63,520 nt of DNA. Origin: Clostridia bacterium. Its GTDB lineage: Bacteria > Bacillota > Clostridia > Oscillospirales > Acutalibacteraceae. Below are positions 55,003 to 63,520 of the stretch, in pieces. Position 1 is the first letter of the stretch; every line of letters starts with the position of its first letter. The position numbers and the translations under genes were made by a program. Below the pieces are notes generated by a model. The model was not told the DNA's origin. It was given only the letters and a program-made list of their open reading frames with translations, and ran no database searches. The stretch spans positions 1-63,520 of the forward strand of contig JAFUZN010000077.1 of NCBI GenBank assembly GCA_017476565.1, given 5' to 3'.

Positions 55003-55590
55003 ATGCGAACCGAATATACGGCCAGTGTCATGGTCGTGTCGTCGACGGACAAGGCTCTCGAGTTCTTTTCGAAGATCTTACCGAAAGACCAGTTTTCTCC
55101 GCTTCTGAGTGTGCACTCGGCAGGGGAGGCCCAGAGAGAACTCGTCAACCGCTCCGTGGACATTGTCGTCATCAACGCGCCGCTGAAGGACGAGATGGGG
55201 ACAGAACTGGCCATTGAGCTTGCGCAAAACGGTTCCTGCGGTGTCATGATGATGGTCAAGAACGACGTCTATGAGCAGGTCACTTATAAAGTGGAAGAGT
55301 ACGGCGTGCTCACGGTGAGCCGGCCCTGTACCAGCCAGCAGGTGTTCCAGACCATGAAACTCTTACTGGCCACTAAGCAGCGGCTGAAAGCTTTGGAACA
55401 AAAGACTGCCAGTCTCGAAGAAAAAATGAAAGAGATTAGGCTTGTGAACAAAGCCAAGGGGCTGCTCATGGACAATCTGAAGTTCACCGAGCAGGAAGCC
55501 CACCGGTACATTGAGAAAGCCGCCATGGACAACTGTGAGAAAAAGTCTGTGATTGCACAGAACATCATCAATACATACGGACAGTACTAG
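55003..55590 (+). CDS. ANTAR-domain RNA-binding antiterminator with a pseudo-receiver domain
   Basis: C-terminal ANTAR pattern IRLVNKAKGLLMDNLKFTEQEAHRYIEKAAMDNCEKKSVIAQNII. The N-terminal REC-like fold has SS in place of the acidic pair (VMVVSSTD) and Asn at the phospho-acceptor position (DIVVINAPL). Confidence 0.8.
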   Translation: MRTEYTASVMVVSSTDKALEFFSKILPKDQFSPLLSVHSAGEAQRELVNRSVDIVVINAPLKDEMGTELAIELAQNGSCGVMMMVKNDVYEQVTYKVEEYGVLTVSRPCTSQQVFQTMKLLLATKQRLKALEQKTASLEEKMKEIRLVNKAKGLLMDNLKFTEQEAHRYIEKAAMDNCEKKSVIAQNIINTYGQY

Positions 55591-55608
55591 TTTTTAAATT
55601 AAAAAAAT

Positions 55609-55653
55609 ACAGAGGGAAGAGCCGATTTCGAACGACTTTTCTCTCTGTTTTTT
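55609..55653 (+). terminator. intrinsic terminator after the ANTAR gene
   Basis: ACAGAGGGAAGA-N16-TTTTCTCTCTGT (G-U pairs) followed by TTTTTT. Confidence 0.7.
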
Positions 55654-55847
55654 GATTGCTATGATTATACAAAATAAATGTTTTGTATAATTCAGGGGAG
55701 GTTTTCAGCAAAAAGGGCCGTCAAAGCCTTGTTCTGCGGAAAACCACTCGTATAGCCTTTTCTGAGTTCTGTGCTAATTCTATATAGTTATTATATTAGT
55801 TTGCACGCTTTTCTCCAAATTGTTTTTTCTTTCGCGATGCACCAATG

Positions 55848-56054
55848 ACTCATTCAATAGAATTATTTTCAACGAACCAGCCTCAGTTGAAATTATTTCT
55901 ATTCGATCAGTTTTTTCACAACGAAGCGTTCTCTGTCTCAAAAATTCTGGTTGAATGGAATTTTTTGATTTTTCCTTGTTTTTCGTGTTTTTCTCATTCA
56001 TTAGAAATTATTTCAATGAACCAGCCTCTGTGAGAAAAAATCTGATTGAATCTG
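55848..56054. repeat. degenerate direct repeats in a non-coding AT-rich gap
   Basis: CTCATTCAATAGAATTATTTTCAACGAACCAGCCTCAGTTGAAA (55849-) versus CTCATTCATTAGAAATTATTTCAATGAACCAGCCTCTGTGAGAAA (55994-), roughly 85% identical. AAAAATTCTGGTTGAATGG (55941-) versus AAAAAATCTGATTGAATCTGG (56034-). Confidence 0.7.
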
Positions 56055-56252
56055 GTATTTTAATAAATATTCAAGAAAAGTCTTCCAGACAGAAAATCGC
56101 TTGAGAACGATTTTCTGTTCTGGTAAGAGCTTTTCTTTGTAATTAATCTACATTATAAGGAATAACCTGGCCTGGGACTCAAATCGCCTCCATGCGATTT
56201 GAGTACAGTCAGAGTTATTCTTATATTTTGTGATTTTTTTGACAAGTAGAGT

Positions 56253-56282
56253 AAAAAGAAAGCCGGGGAGGGATTCCCCGGC
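56253..56282 (-). terminator. intrinsic terminator of the atp operon
   Basis: On the minus strand: GCCGGGGA-ATCCC-TCCCCGGC followed by TTTCTTTTT. Confidence 0.85.
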
Positions 56283-56306
56283 ATCTTTATAGGAATCGTT
56301 TTCGGC

Positions 56307-56729
56307 TCAGCCGTTTTTCATATTGGAGACTTTGAGTCGGGCGAAAGCACGCTGCAGTGCCGCTCTGGAACGAATGTATTCCTCGTGACTCAGCTGTCCC
56401 TGCAGCCGTTCTCTGGCCCTCTCCTCTGCCCTTCTGGCACGGTTGACATCGATCTCTTCGGGCCACTCTGCCGTATCGGCAAGAATTGCGACCTTGTACT
56501 GATCGATTTCGACAAACCCTTCGGAAAGGAACGCGTTCAGCCATTTGCCCTTCACTTTGAAGGACATGGAGCCGGCGGTGACAGCGGCGGCCATAACCAT
56601 GTGCCCCGGCAAAATACCGATCTGTCCCTCGGGGGTCTCCAGGAGCACTTCTTCCACCGGGCCTTCATAGAAAGACTTTTCCGGTGTCCGAATGACCAGG
56701 TAAGTCGTTTTCGCTTCTACGTTTGCCAT
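56307..56729 (-). CDS. atpC: F0F1 ATP synthase subunit epsilon
   Basis: 140 aa, last gene of the atp operon. Typical beta-sandwich N-terminus (VIRTPEKSFYEGPVEEVLLETPEGQIGILPGH) and a helical C-terminus. Confidence 0.9.
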   Translation of the reverse strand: MANVEAKTTYLVIRTPEKSFYEGPVEEVLLETPEGQIGILPGHMVMAAAVTAGSMSFKVKGKWLNAFLSEGFVEIDQYKVAILADTAEWPEEIDVNRARRAEERARERLQGQLSHEEYIRSRAALQRAFARLKVSNMKNG

Positions 56730-56740
56730 AGTGACACCTC

Positions 56741-58168
<1,428 letters not shown>

Positions 58169-59059
58169 TTATAATGCAGATGCACCACCGATGATCTCGG
58201 TGATTTCCTGCGTGATCGCAGCCTGTCTGGCGCGGTTATAATCCAGATTCAGCTTCTCCAGCATTTCCTCTGCATTATCGGTCGCACTCTCCATTGCTGT
58301 CATACGGGCACTCTGTTCACTGGTGTAGGCCTGAACGAGGCAGTTGTATGTGACCCAGGTCATGTACTTTTTGATGATGACGTTGAAGACCGCCTCCGGC
58401 GAGGGTTCGAACTTCATCATATCGTCTGCCGGTTTCATCTCAGTGATGGCGAGACGTTCTCTGAAATCGCTGATGTCCATAGGCAGAAGCTTCATGACAG
58501 TGGGTTCCAGCGAAAGCGCTGATTTCATTTTTGTATAGACGATGTACACGTCGTCGTACCGTTCCTCTTTGAACCGGTCCCACAAGACTTCACCCATTTC
58601 CCGGGCGCGGATCAGGGTCGGTTCCCGCAAAGGATAGATGTAATCTTCATCGACCTTGTAAGGCGTTTTCCGGAAGTATTCCCGACCCATACGGCCGCAG
58701 ATGAGCACTTCCACATTTCCGTTCGGCTGCTCCTTGATGAGCTGTTCCACCCGCTTGCAGACGTTGGAATCGTAGCCGCCGGAAAGACCTTTGTCGCCGG
58801 TCATAACGAGGATGGCACTGGTCCGTTCTTCCGGGTCCTTCCCGGCCCGTTTGTCGAAGACCGGGTTGACGATCTCCGCACTGTGGGACAGGATCTCGAT
58901 GAGGACTTCTTCAATGTCCTCGAAGAACGGGGTGACTTCCGTGAGCTGGTCTCTGGCACGTTTCAGTTTGGAAGCAGAGACGACTTTCATCGCCTTTGTG
59001 ACTTTTTGGATCTGGCCAATGGAATTCATCCTGGCTTTGATCTCACCGGTTTTCGGCAT
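58169..59059 (-). CDS. atpG: F0F1 ATP synthase subunit gamma
   Basis: IKARMNSIGQIQKVTKAMKVVSASKLKRA ... NRARQAAITQEITEIIGGASAL. Confidence 0.95.
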   Translation of the reverse strand: MPKTGEIKARMNSIGQIQKVTKAMKVVSASKLKRARDQLTEVTPFFEDIEEVLIEILSHSAEIVNPVFDKRAGKDPEERTSAILVMTGDKGLSGGYDSNVCKRVEQLIKEQPNGNVEVLICGRMGREYFRKTPYKVDEDYIYPLREPTLIRAREMGEVLWDRFKEERYDDVYIVYTKMKSALSLEPTVMKLLPMDISDFRERLAITEMKPADDMMKFEPSPEAVFNVIIKKYMTWVTYNCLVQAYTSEQSARMTAMESATDNAEEMLEKLNLDYNRARQAAITQEITEIIGGASAL

Positions 59060-59074
59060 AAAGTCCCTTCTTTC

Positions 59075-60583
59075 TTACGCGTTCCAGCTGTCTTTGAATG
59101 CAGCAATATCTGCGTTCAGCTTCTCCTCCAGTTCCGGAGTCATCTGACCTTCGGACAGGATGCCGTCCAGCAGGGCCTGGTCAGAGGTCTTGATGAAGTT
59201 GAGCAGTCCACGGTTGAAGTCTCCGACCTGTTCTTTCTCAATGTCCATGAGGTTGCCGTTGACAGCGGTATAAAGCAGGACCACCTGCTCTTCGACTTCA
59301 TAGGGACTGTACTGGGGCTGTTTGAGCACTTCAAAGAGCCGCTCACCCTGCATCAGCTGCCGTTTAGTGGAGTCGTCCAGGTCGGAACCGAACTGGGCAA
59401 AGACCGCCATTTCCCGGTACTGAGCCAGGTTGATACGCAGGGGACCTGCGATCTTCTTCATGGCTTTGATCTGTGCATCGCCGCCGACATGGGAGACGGA
59501 GAAGCCGACATTGACAGCCGGCCGCTGTCCGGAGTAGAACAGCTCGGTCTCCAGGAAGATCTGACCATCGGTGATGGAGATGACGTTGGTCGGGATGTAA
59601 GCCGAGATGTCACCCGCCTGGGTCTCAACGATGGGCAGAGCGGTCAGAGAACCGCCTCCGATTTTATCGGAAAGGCGGGCAGCCCGCTCAAGGAGTCTCG
59701 AGTGAAGGTAGAAAACGTCGCCGGGGTAAGCTTCACGGCCAGGGGCACGCTTCAGAAGCAGGGAGACTGCACGGTAGGCCACCGCGTGTTTGGAAAGGTC
59801 ATCGTAAATGATGAGGACGTCTTTCCCCTGTCTCATGAAATGTTCCGCCATGGCACAGGCCGCATAAGGGGCGATGTACTGAACGGTGGAACTCTGCTCC
59901 GCAGTAGAAGCCACGATGAGGGTGTAGTCCATGGCGCCGTACTTATCGAAGGTGCTCTTGATGGTGGCAACGGAAGAGGCTTTCTGGCCAATGGCGCAGT
60001 AGACGCAGATGACGTCTTTCCCCTTCTGGTTGATGATGGTATCGATGGCGATGGCGGTCTTACCGGTCTGACGGTCACCGATGATGAGCTCACGCTGACC
60101 GCGTCCGATGGGAGTCATCGCATCGATGGAGATGATACCGGTCTGGAGGGGCGTGTTGACGCTCTGGCGCTCCAGAATGCCCGGTGCCGGGGACTCGATG
60201 GGACGGGTCTCCGTTGTATTGATGGGACCGCGGCCGTCGATGGGGTTCCCCAGGGGGTCGACGACACGACCGATCAGCTCTTCGCCGACCGGGACCGAGA
60301 AGACCTTTCCGGTACACTTCGCGGTCATCCCCTCTTTGATTTCACGGTCGGAACCGAGAAGAATACAACCGACGTTGTCCTCTACCAGATTCATCGCCAT
60401 GCCGGTGGAGCCGTTCTCGAACTCGAGCAGCTCTCCGTAAACAGCATCCTGAAGACCGTAAAGTCTGGCAATACCGTCACCGGAGGTCAGGACATAGCCA
60501 ATATTCTCTTCCGAGGTGGCCAGGTCATAATTCTCGATCCGATCCCGAATGACGGCAGTGATTTCTTCGGGTTTCAGTTTCAT
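59075..60583 (-). CDS. atpA: F0F1 ATP synthase subunit alpha
   Basis: Walker [10 protein letters not shown], and the conserved block [34 protein letters not shown]. Confidence 0.97.
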   Translation of the reverse strand: MKLKPEEITAVIRDRIENYDLATSEENIGYVLTSGDGIARLYGLQDAVYGELLEFENGSTGMAMNLVEDNVGCILLGSDREIKEGMTAKCTGKVFSVPVGEELIGRVVDPLGNPIDGRGPINTTETRPIESPAPGILERQSVNTPLQTGIISIDAMTPIGRGQRELIIGDRQTGKTAIAIDTIINQKGKDVICVYCAIGQKASSVATIKSTFDKYGAMDYTLIVASTAEQSSTVQYIAPYAACAMAEHFMRQGKDVLIIYDDLSKHAVAYRAVSLLLKRAPGREAYPGDVFYLHSRLLERAARLSDKIGGGSLTALPIVETQAGDISAYIPTNVISITDGQIFLETELFYSGQRPAVNVGFSVSHVGGDAQIKAMKKIAGPLRINLAQYREMAVFAQFGSDLDDSTKRQLMQGERLFEVLKQPQYSPYEVEEQVVLLYTAVNGNLMDIEKEQVGDFNRGLLNFIKTSDQALLDGILSEGQMTPELEEKLNADIAAFKDSWNA

Positions 60584-60597
60584 AAATTCACCTACAG

Positions 60598-61134
60598 TTA
60601 TTCTGCGTTGATCTCCGCCTGGAGCGCAGCCAGTTTGCCCCGGACGGACTCATCGTACATGGTATCTCCAATGACAATGATCGCTCCGCCGATGAGATCC
60701 GGGTCGACTTTTGTCTCGACCTTGACCGCGTCGGCGTCATATTGTTTCCGGAACTTCTCTGAGATCTTCTCAATGAGTTCCGGCTCCGCTTCGAAAGCGG
60801 TCGTGATCGTCATACTGATGACGTTGTGGCGTTCGTGGTAGAACTTCTGGTAGTCATCCGCAATGGCGGGAACTTCTGTGATCCGGCCTTTATCGAGCAG
60901 GACACGAAGCAAATTGAAGGTATAGTCCTCCACGTTCCCGCGGAAAACGTCTTCGATCAATGTTTTCTTTTCTGCTTGTGTCGTTTTCGGCGTGACCAGA
61001 ACAGAAACCAGTTTGGGTTCCGACAAAAACAGCTCCTTGAGGTCGAGGATGTCCTTCAGACAGGCATCTACCTGACCATGGGCTTCGGCCGCCTGGAAGA
61101 ACGCATCAGCATATCGTTCAGATACTAATGACAT
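60598..61134 (-). CDS. atpH: F0F1 ATP synthase subunit delta (OSCP)
   Basis: 178 aa. [17 protein letters not shown]-terminus, and position between atpF and atpA. Confidence 0.88.
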   Translation of the reverse strand: MSLVSERYADAFFQAAEAHGQVDACLKDILDLKELFLSEPKLVSVLVTPKTTQAEKKTLIEDVFRGNVEDYTFNLLRVLLDKGRITEVPAIADDYQKFYHERHNVISMTITTAFEAEPELIEKISEKFRKQYDADAVKVETKVDPDLIGGAIIVIGDTMYDESVRGKLAALQAEINAE

Positions 61135-61622
61135 TAGGCAGCACCGGTTTCCTCAAGAAATTTGTCGATGATCTTTCGGTTGCTCTCATTGTCCATATTG
61201 GCCCCGATGACCTTGGACGCAGCAGCAAGGGCGAGTCCGGCGATCTCCGCCTTGGACTCCTGAAGGATCTTCTGGTGTTCCCGTTCGGAATCTTCTTTCG
61301 CGCGCGCCAGGATCTCCCGGGACTCTTCCTCCGCTTTGGCGATGGTGGAGTCATAGTAATTGTTGGCGCGTTCTGTCATTTCGTCGATGATCTTCTGTCC
61401 GTCAGCTTTCGCGTTCTTCAGCTGGAATTCGTATTCCTTTTTGAGCTGATCGGCGTCCGCTTTAGCCTCTTCACTTTCCTTGATGGTGTTGGCGATCTCT
61501 TCGGACCGCTGTTCCATGTAGTTCATGACAGGCTTGAACAGGACCTTTTTCAGGACGAAGAACAGAACCAGAAAGTTCAGGAACGCAAATACACAAGTGT
61601 ATAAGTTTAAACTTTGCAGCAT
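61134..61622 (-). CDS. atpF: F0F1 ATP synthase subunit b
   Basis: A single N-terminal TM segment, then a long charged helix (KPVMNYMEQRSEEIANTIKESEEAKADA...). Confidence 0.88.
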   Translation of the reverse strand: MLQSLNLYTCVFAFLNFLVLFFVLKKVLFKPVMNYMEQRSEEIANTIKESEEAKADADQLKKEYEFQLKNAKADGQKIIDEMTERANNYYDSTIAKAEEESREILARAKEDSEREHQKILQESKAEIAGLALAAASKVIGANMDNESNRKIIDKFLEETGAA

Positions 61623-61652
61623 TCTGTTTCCCTTTCCCTAAGAAATGAGCTT

Positions 61653-61877
61653 TTAGATTTTACCGGTCAGGATGATGGCGATAACGAAAGCGAAGATCGC
61701 CGTGACTTCAGAAAGGGTGGCGAAGATCAGGCCGGTGGACATGATCTTACCGGATGCCTCGGGGTTACGGGCAACACTTTCCGATGCTTTCGCAGATGCA
61801 AAGCCCAGCATGACACCGGCACCGATGGCGGCCAGAATGGCGATACCTGCAGCAATAGCAATAAGTCCAGAATTCAT
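61653..61877 (-). CDS. atpE: F0F1 ATP synthase subunit c
   Basis: 74-aa helical hairpin with the polar loop ARNPE and a carboxylate in helix 2 (ATLSEVTAIFAF). Confidence 0.93.
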   Translation of the reverse strand: MNSGLIAIAAGIAILAAIGAGVMLGFASAKASESVARNPEASGKIMSTGLIFATLSEVTAIFAFVIAIILTGKI

Positions 61878-61880
61878 AAG

Positions 61881-62642
61881 TTAATCCTCCTCTTCATGAA
61901 TGGCTTCCGCAACGTATACGGAAGATAAGAAAATAAAAATATACGCCTGAAGTCCCGCATCGAACACATCGAAAAATGCGCTGGCGATGGGAACAATAGG
62001 TTTGAGAAATACGGACCCGATGTAGAGCAGGTCCAGGACGACGACGGCAGCAAAGATGTTACCGAACAGTCGCAGTGACAGGGACATGGTCCGGGTCACA
62101 TAGTCAAGGATGTTGAAGGGCAGCATGATGGGTGTCGGGTGCAGGAAATTCTTGAGAAACCCTTTGATGCCCTTGAAACGAATGGCGGCCAGCGGTAACA
62201 GGCCGATGCTCATCAGTGCCAGGGTGAGCGGGATATTGAGGTCGCTGGTGGGCGGCTCCAACTGGATCCATTTCTCCGGGATATGACCGGTCCAGTGACC
62301 GATCAGTTCCGCAGACGGGATGAAGTTGAATATCCCTGCCGTGTTGGCAAAGATGAGGAACAGGAACACCGTCCCGTAGTACGGGATGAACCGTTTATAG
62401 TTCTTTTCTCCGATGTTTCCTTTCAGGATGTTTCCGAAGACGCTGATGAAGGTCTCTGCGAACAGCTGCCTGCCCTTCGGGACTCTCGTGAACTTCTTCG
62501 GACGGACCAGCCATACCGCAAACAGAATGATGACCAGTGAAATGAACCACAGGACCACCACGGTGTCCGTGACCGGAATATTCAGTTTCCCGAGCGGAAT
62601 ATTGAATAGTACTTCATGGTGGAAGAGTTCATTGACATCCAA
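61881..62642 (-). CDS. atpB: F0F1 ATP synthase subunit a
   Basis: Polytopic. Conserved region SLSLRLFGNIFAAVVV with the essential Arg. Confidence 0.93.
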   Translation of the reverse strand: MDVNELFHHEVLFNIPLGKLNIPVTDTVVVLWFISLVIILFAVWLVRPKKFTRVPKGRQLFAETFISVFGNILKGNIGEKNYKRFIPYYGTVFLFLIFANTAGIFNFIPSAELIGHWTGHIPEKWIQLEPPTSDLNIPLTLALMSIGLLPLAAIRFKGIKGFLKNFLHPTPIMLPFNILDYVTRTMSLSLRLFGNIFAAVVVLDLLYIGSVFLKPIVPIASAFFDVFDAGLQAYIFIFLSSVYVAEAIHEEED

Positions 62643-62662
62643 GATTCATACCCCCTTTTCGT

Positions 62663-63052
62663 TCATGTGAAGAAACCGGTGTGAGTGACTCCGGTCGCCT
62701 CCATAAAAATATACAGAATGATGGCAGCAGGGACGGCCATGAGACCGGAAAAAAGGCCCCAGAACCAGTCCATTCCCTGTCGGACTGTGAACCAGATGGA
62801 AAGGAGCAGGACTCCGGAGGTCGTGACCAGGAACAGGACGGCTGCCGCCGTGAGCCAGGAGCCGCTGCGGTGAAAACTGCCGTAAAGGGCGGCGGTGGAC
62901 TCAAACAGGAGGATGCTGAGGGCAAACCCTGCAAAGCTGAGCAAAAGCACCGCAACAGAATGGCTCAAAAAGATAAGGACCAGAACGAATGCAGTCAGAA
63001 AAACGGGCACTGATAGTTTCAGGACGAATTTTTCCAATGCAGCGTTCGCCAT
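62663..63052 (-). CDS. atpI: ATP synthase protein I-like small membrane protein
   Basis: The ATG at 63052 follows GGGAGG. Four hydrophobic segments. First gene of the atp operon. Confidence 0.6.
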   Translation of the reverse strand: MANAALEKFVLKLSVPVFLTAFVLVLIFLSHSVAVLLLSFAGFALSILLFESTAALYGSFHRSGSWLTAAAVLFLVTTSGVLLLSIWFTVRQGMDWFWGLFSGLMAVPAAIILYIFMEATGVTHTGFFT

Positions 63053-63283
63053 AGGTCCTCCCAAAATCTCTTAACGATTTATTTTATTATACATAATGGG
63101 AAATCTTTTGCAAAGTCACATTTCACATTTTTTATCACTATTCCCCGATTCTTACAAAATCGTAGAGCAGCGAAGTAATTTGTACGCATACAAAAGTTTA
63201 ACATAAGGGCGCCCCTTTTGTAAATGCATTTCTTGTGATAAAATGGGAAAAACCACTTGTTACCCCATCAAAGGAGCTTCATC

Positions 63284-63520
63284 ATGAACGAAAATCTGAT
63301 CACTCTCTACGACGAAGACGGCAACGAAGTCCCCTTCGAATTTCTCGATTACATCGAATATGACCACTGCAAATATGTCGCCCTTCTCCCCCTTGCCGGC
63401 GACCTGGAAAATGCTGAAGTCCTCATCCTGCAGCTGGTGGAAAACGAAAGCACCGGAGAGCAGGACTTCGACATTGTGGAAGACAGCAAGCTCCTGAACA
63501 AGCTTTACCGGCAGTTCCAA
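63284..63520 (+). CDS. DUF1292-family protein (partial, runs off the window end)
   Basis: Own translation from the ATG at 63284 after AAAGGAG: MNENLITLYDEDGNEVPFEFLDYIEYDHCKYVALLPLAGDLENAEVLILQLVENESTGEQDFDIVEDSKLLNKLYRQFQ. This is the typical DUF1292 pattern. The listed minus-strand ORF 63260..63520 is its antisense shadow. Confidence 0.75.
   Translation, partial: MNENLITLYDEDGNEVPFEFLDYIEYDHCKYVALLPLAGDLENAEVLILQLVENESTGEQDFDIVEDSKLLNKLYRQFQ

Noticed and set aside
55848-56054. Possible degenerate CRISPR array. The repeats ATTTTCAACGAACCAGCCTCAGTTGAAAT and ATTTCAATGAACCAGCCTCTGTGAGAAAA resemble CRISPR repeat termini.
   Set aside because: There are only two good copies, about 145 bp apart, plus one weak copy at irregular spacing. 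There is no regular repeat-spacer period, no leader, and no cas genes in the window.
56085-56204. ANTAR target (dual hexaloop hairpins) next to the ANTAR regulator gene. The minus-strand loop of the second hairpin reads AUGGAG (A at position 1, G at position 4).
   Set aside because: The first hairpin has an 8-nt loop. The two hairpins are about 55 nt apart rather than adjacent. On the minus strand they lie downstream of atpC, not in a 5' leader overlapping a terminator.
61653-61877. Possible Na+-translocating c subunit.
   Set aside because: Helix 1 lacks the Gln ligand (it reads GAGVMLG), and helix 2 reads S-E-V-T rather than the E-S/T-T pattern. This is more consistent with an ordinary H+ enzyme, and I cannot decide it by eye.

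Overview
63.5-kb window from a Gram-positive, Firmicutes/Clostridia-like chromosome (about 50% GC by eye). Genes are densely packed, with many ATGA or 4-11 nt overlaps and clear GGAGG-type ribosome-binding sites. About 0.2-30.7 kb is a cell-envelope accessory region. It holds a Crp-family regulator, three Acyltransferase_3 membrane proteins and a GT-C glycosyltransferase. It also holds an AT-rich sortase-substrate-like protein, an L,D-transpeptidase and six paralogous proteins built from ~21-aa aromatic (choline-binding-like) wall-binding repeats. Their cargo domains include GH25 muramidase and Ltp superinfection-exclusion-type domains. The same region carries a Wzx/Wzy-type glycopolymer locus: two Wzz, TagD, a WbbI-like galactofuranosyltransferase, Wzy, two LicD, a GT4, Wzx and two LCP ligases. 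About 30.8-63.5 kb is conserved housekeeping: TetR/M28 peptidase, guaB, an SCP2 protein with a histone-H1-like tail, a PrsA-like PPIase, an aminotransferase, a sirtuin, recJ-relA-dtd, an MBL hydrolase and hemZ. It continues with a YabM-like flippase, hup, yabO/divIC/yabR homologues, hpf, a THUMP methyltransferase, radA, a glutamine-synthetase-like gene with an ANTAR regulator, and the complete atpIBEFHAGDC operon on the minus strand. I found no rRNA/tRNA, transposase, integrase, cas genes or recognisable defence enzymes. The best candidates for something undescribed are: (i) the wall-binding-repeat proteins, including wall-tethered Ltp fusions, embedded in a glycerol-phosphate/LicD glycopolymer locus; (ii) a catalytically suspect GS-like protein paired with a pseudo-receiver ANTAR regulator; (iii) a 6S-like structured RNA candidate between the MBL hydrolase gene and hemZ; (iv) a 700-bp non-coding, repeat- and hairpin-rich gap between the ANTAR gene and atpC. 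All family assignments come from motif recognition by eye, not from database searches.
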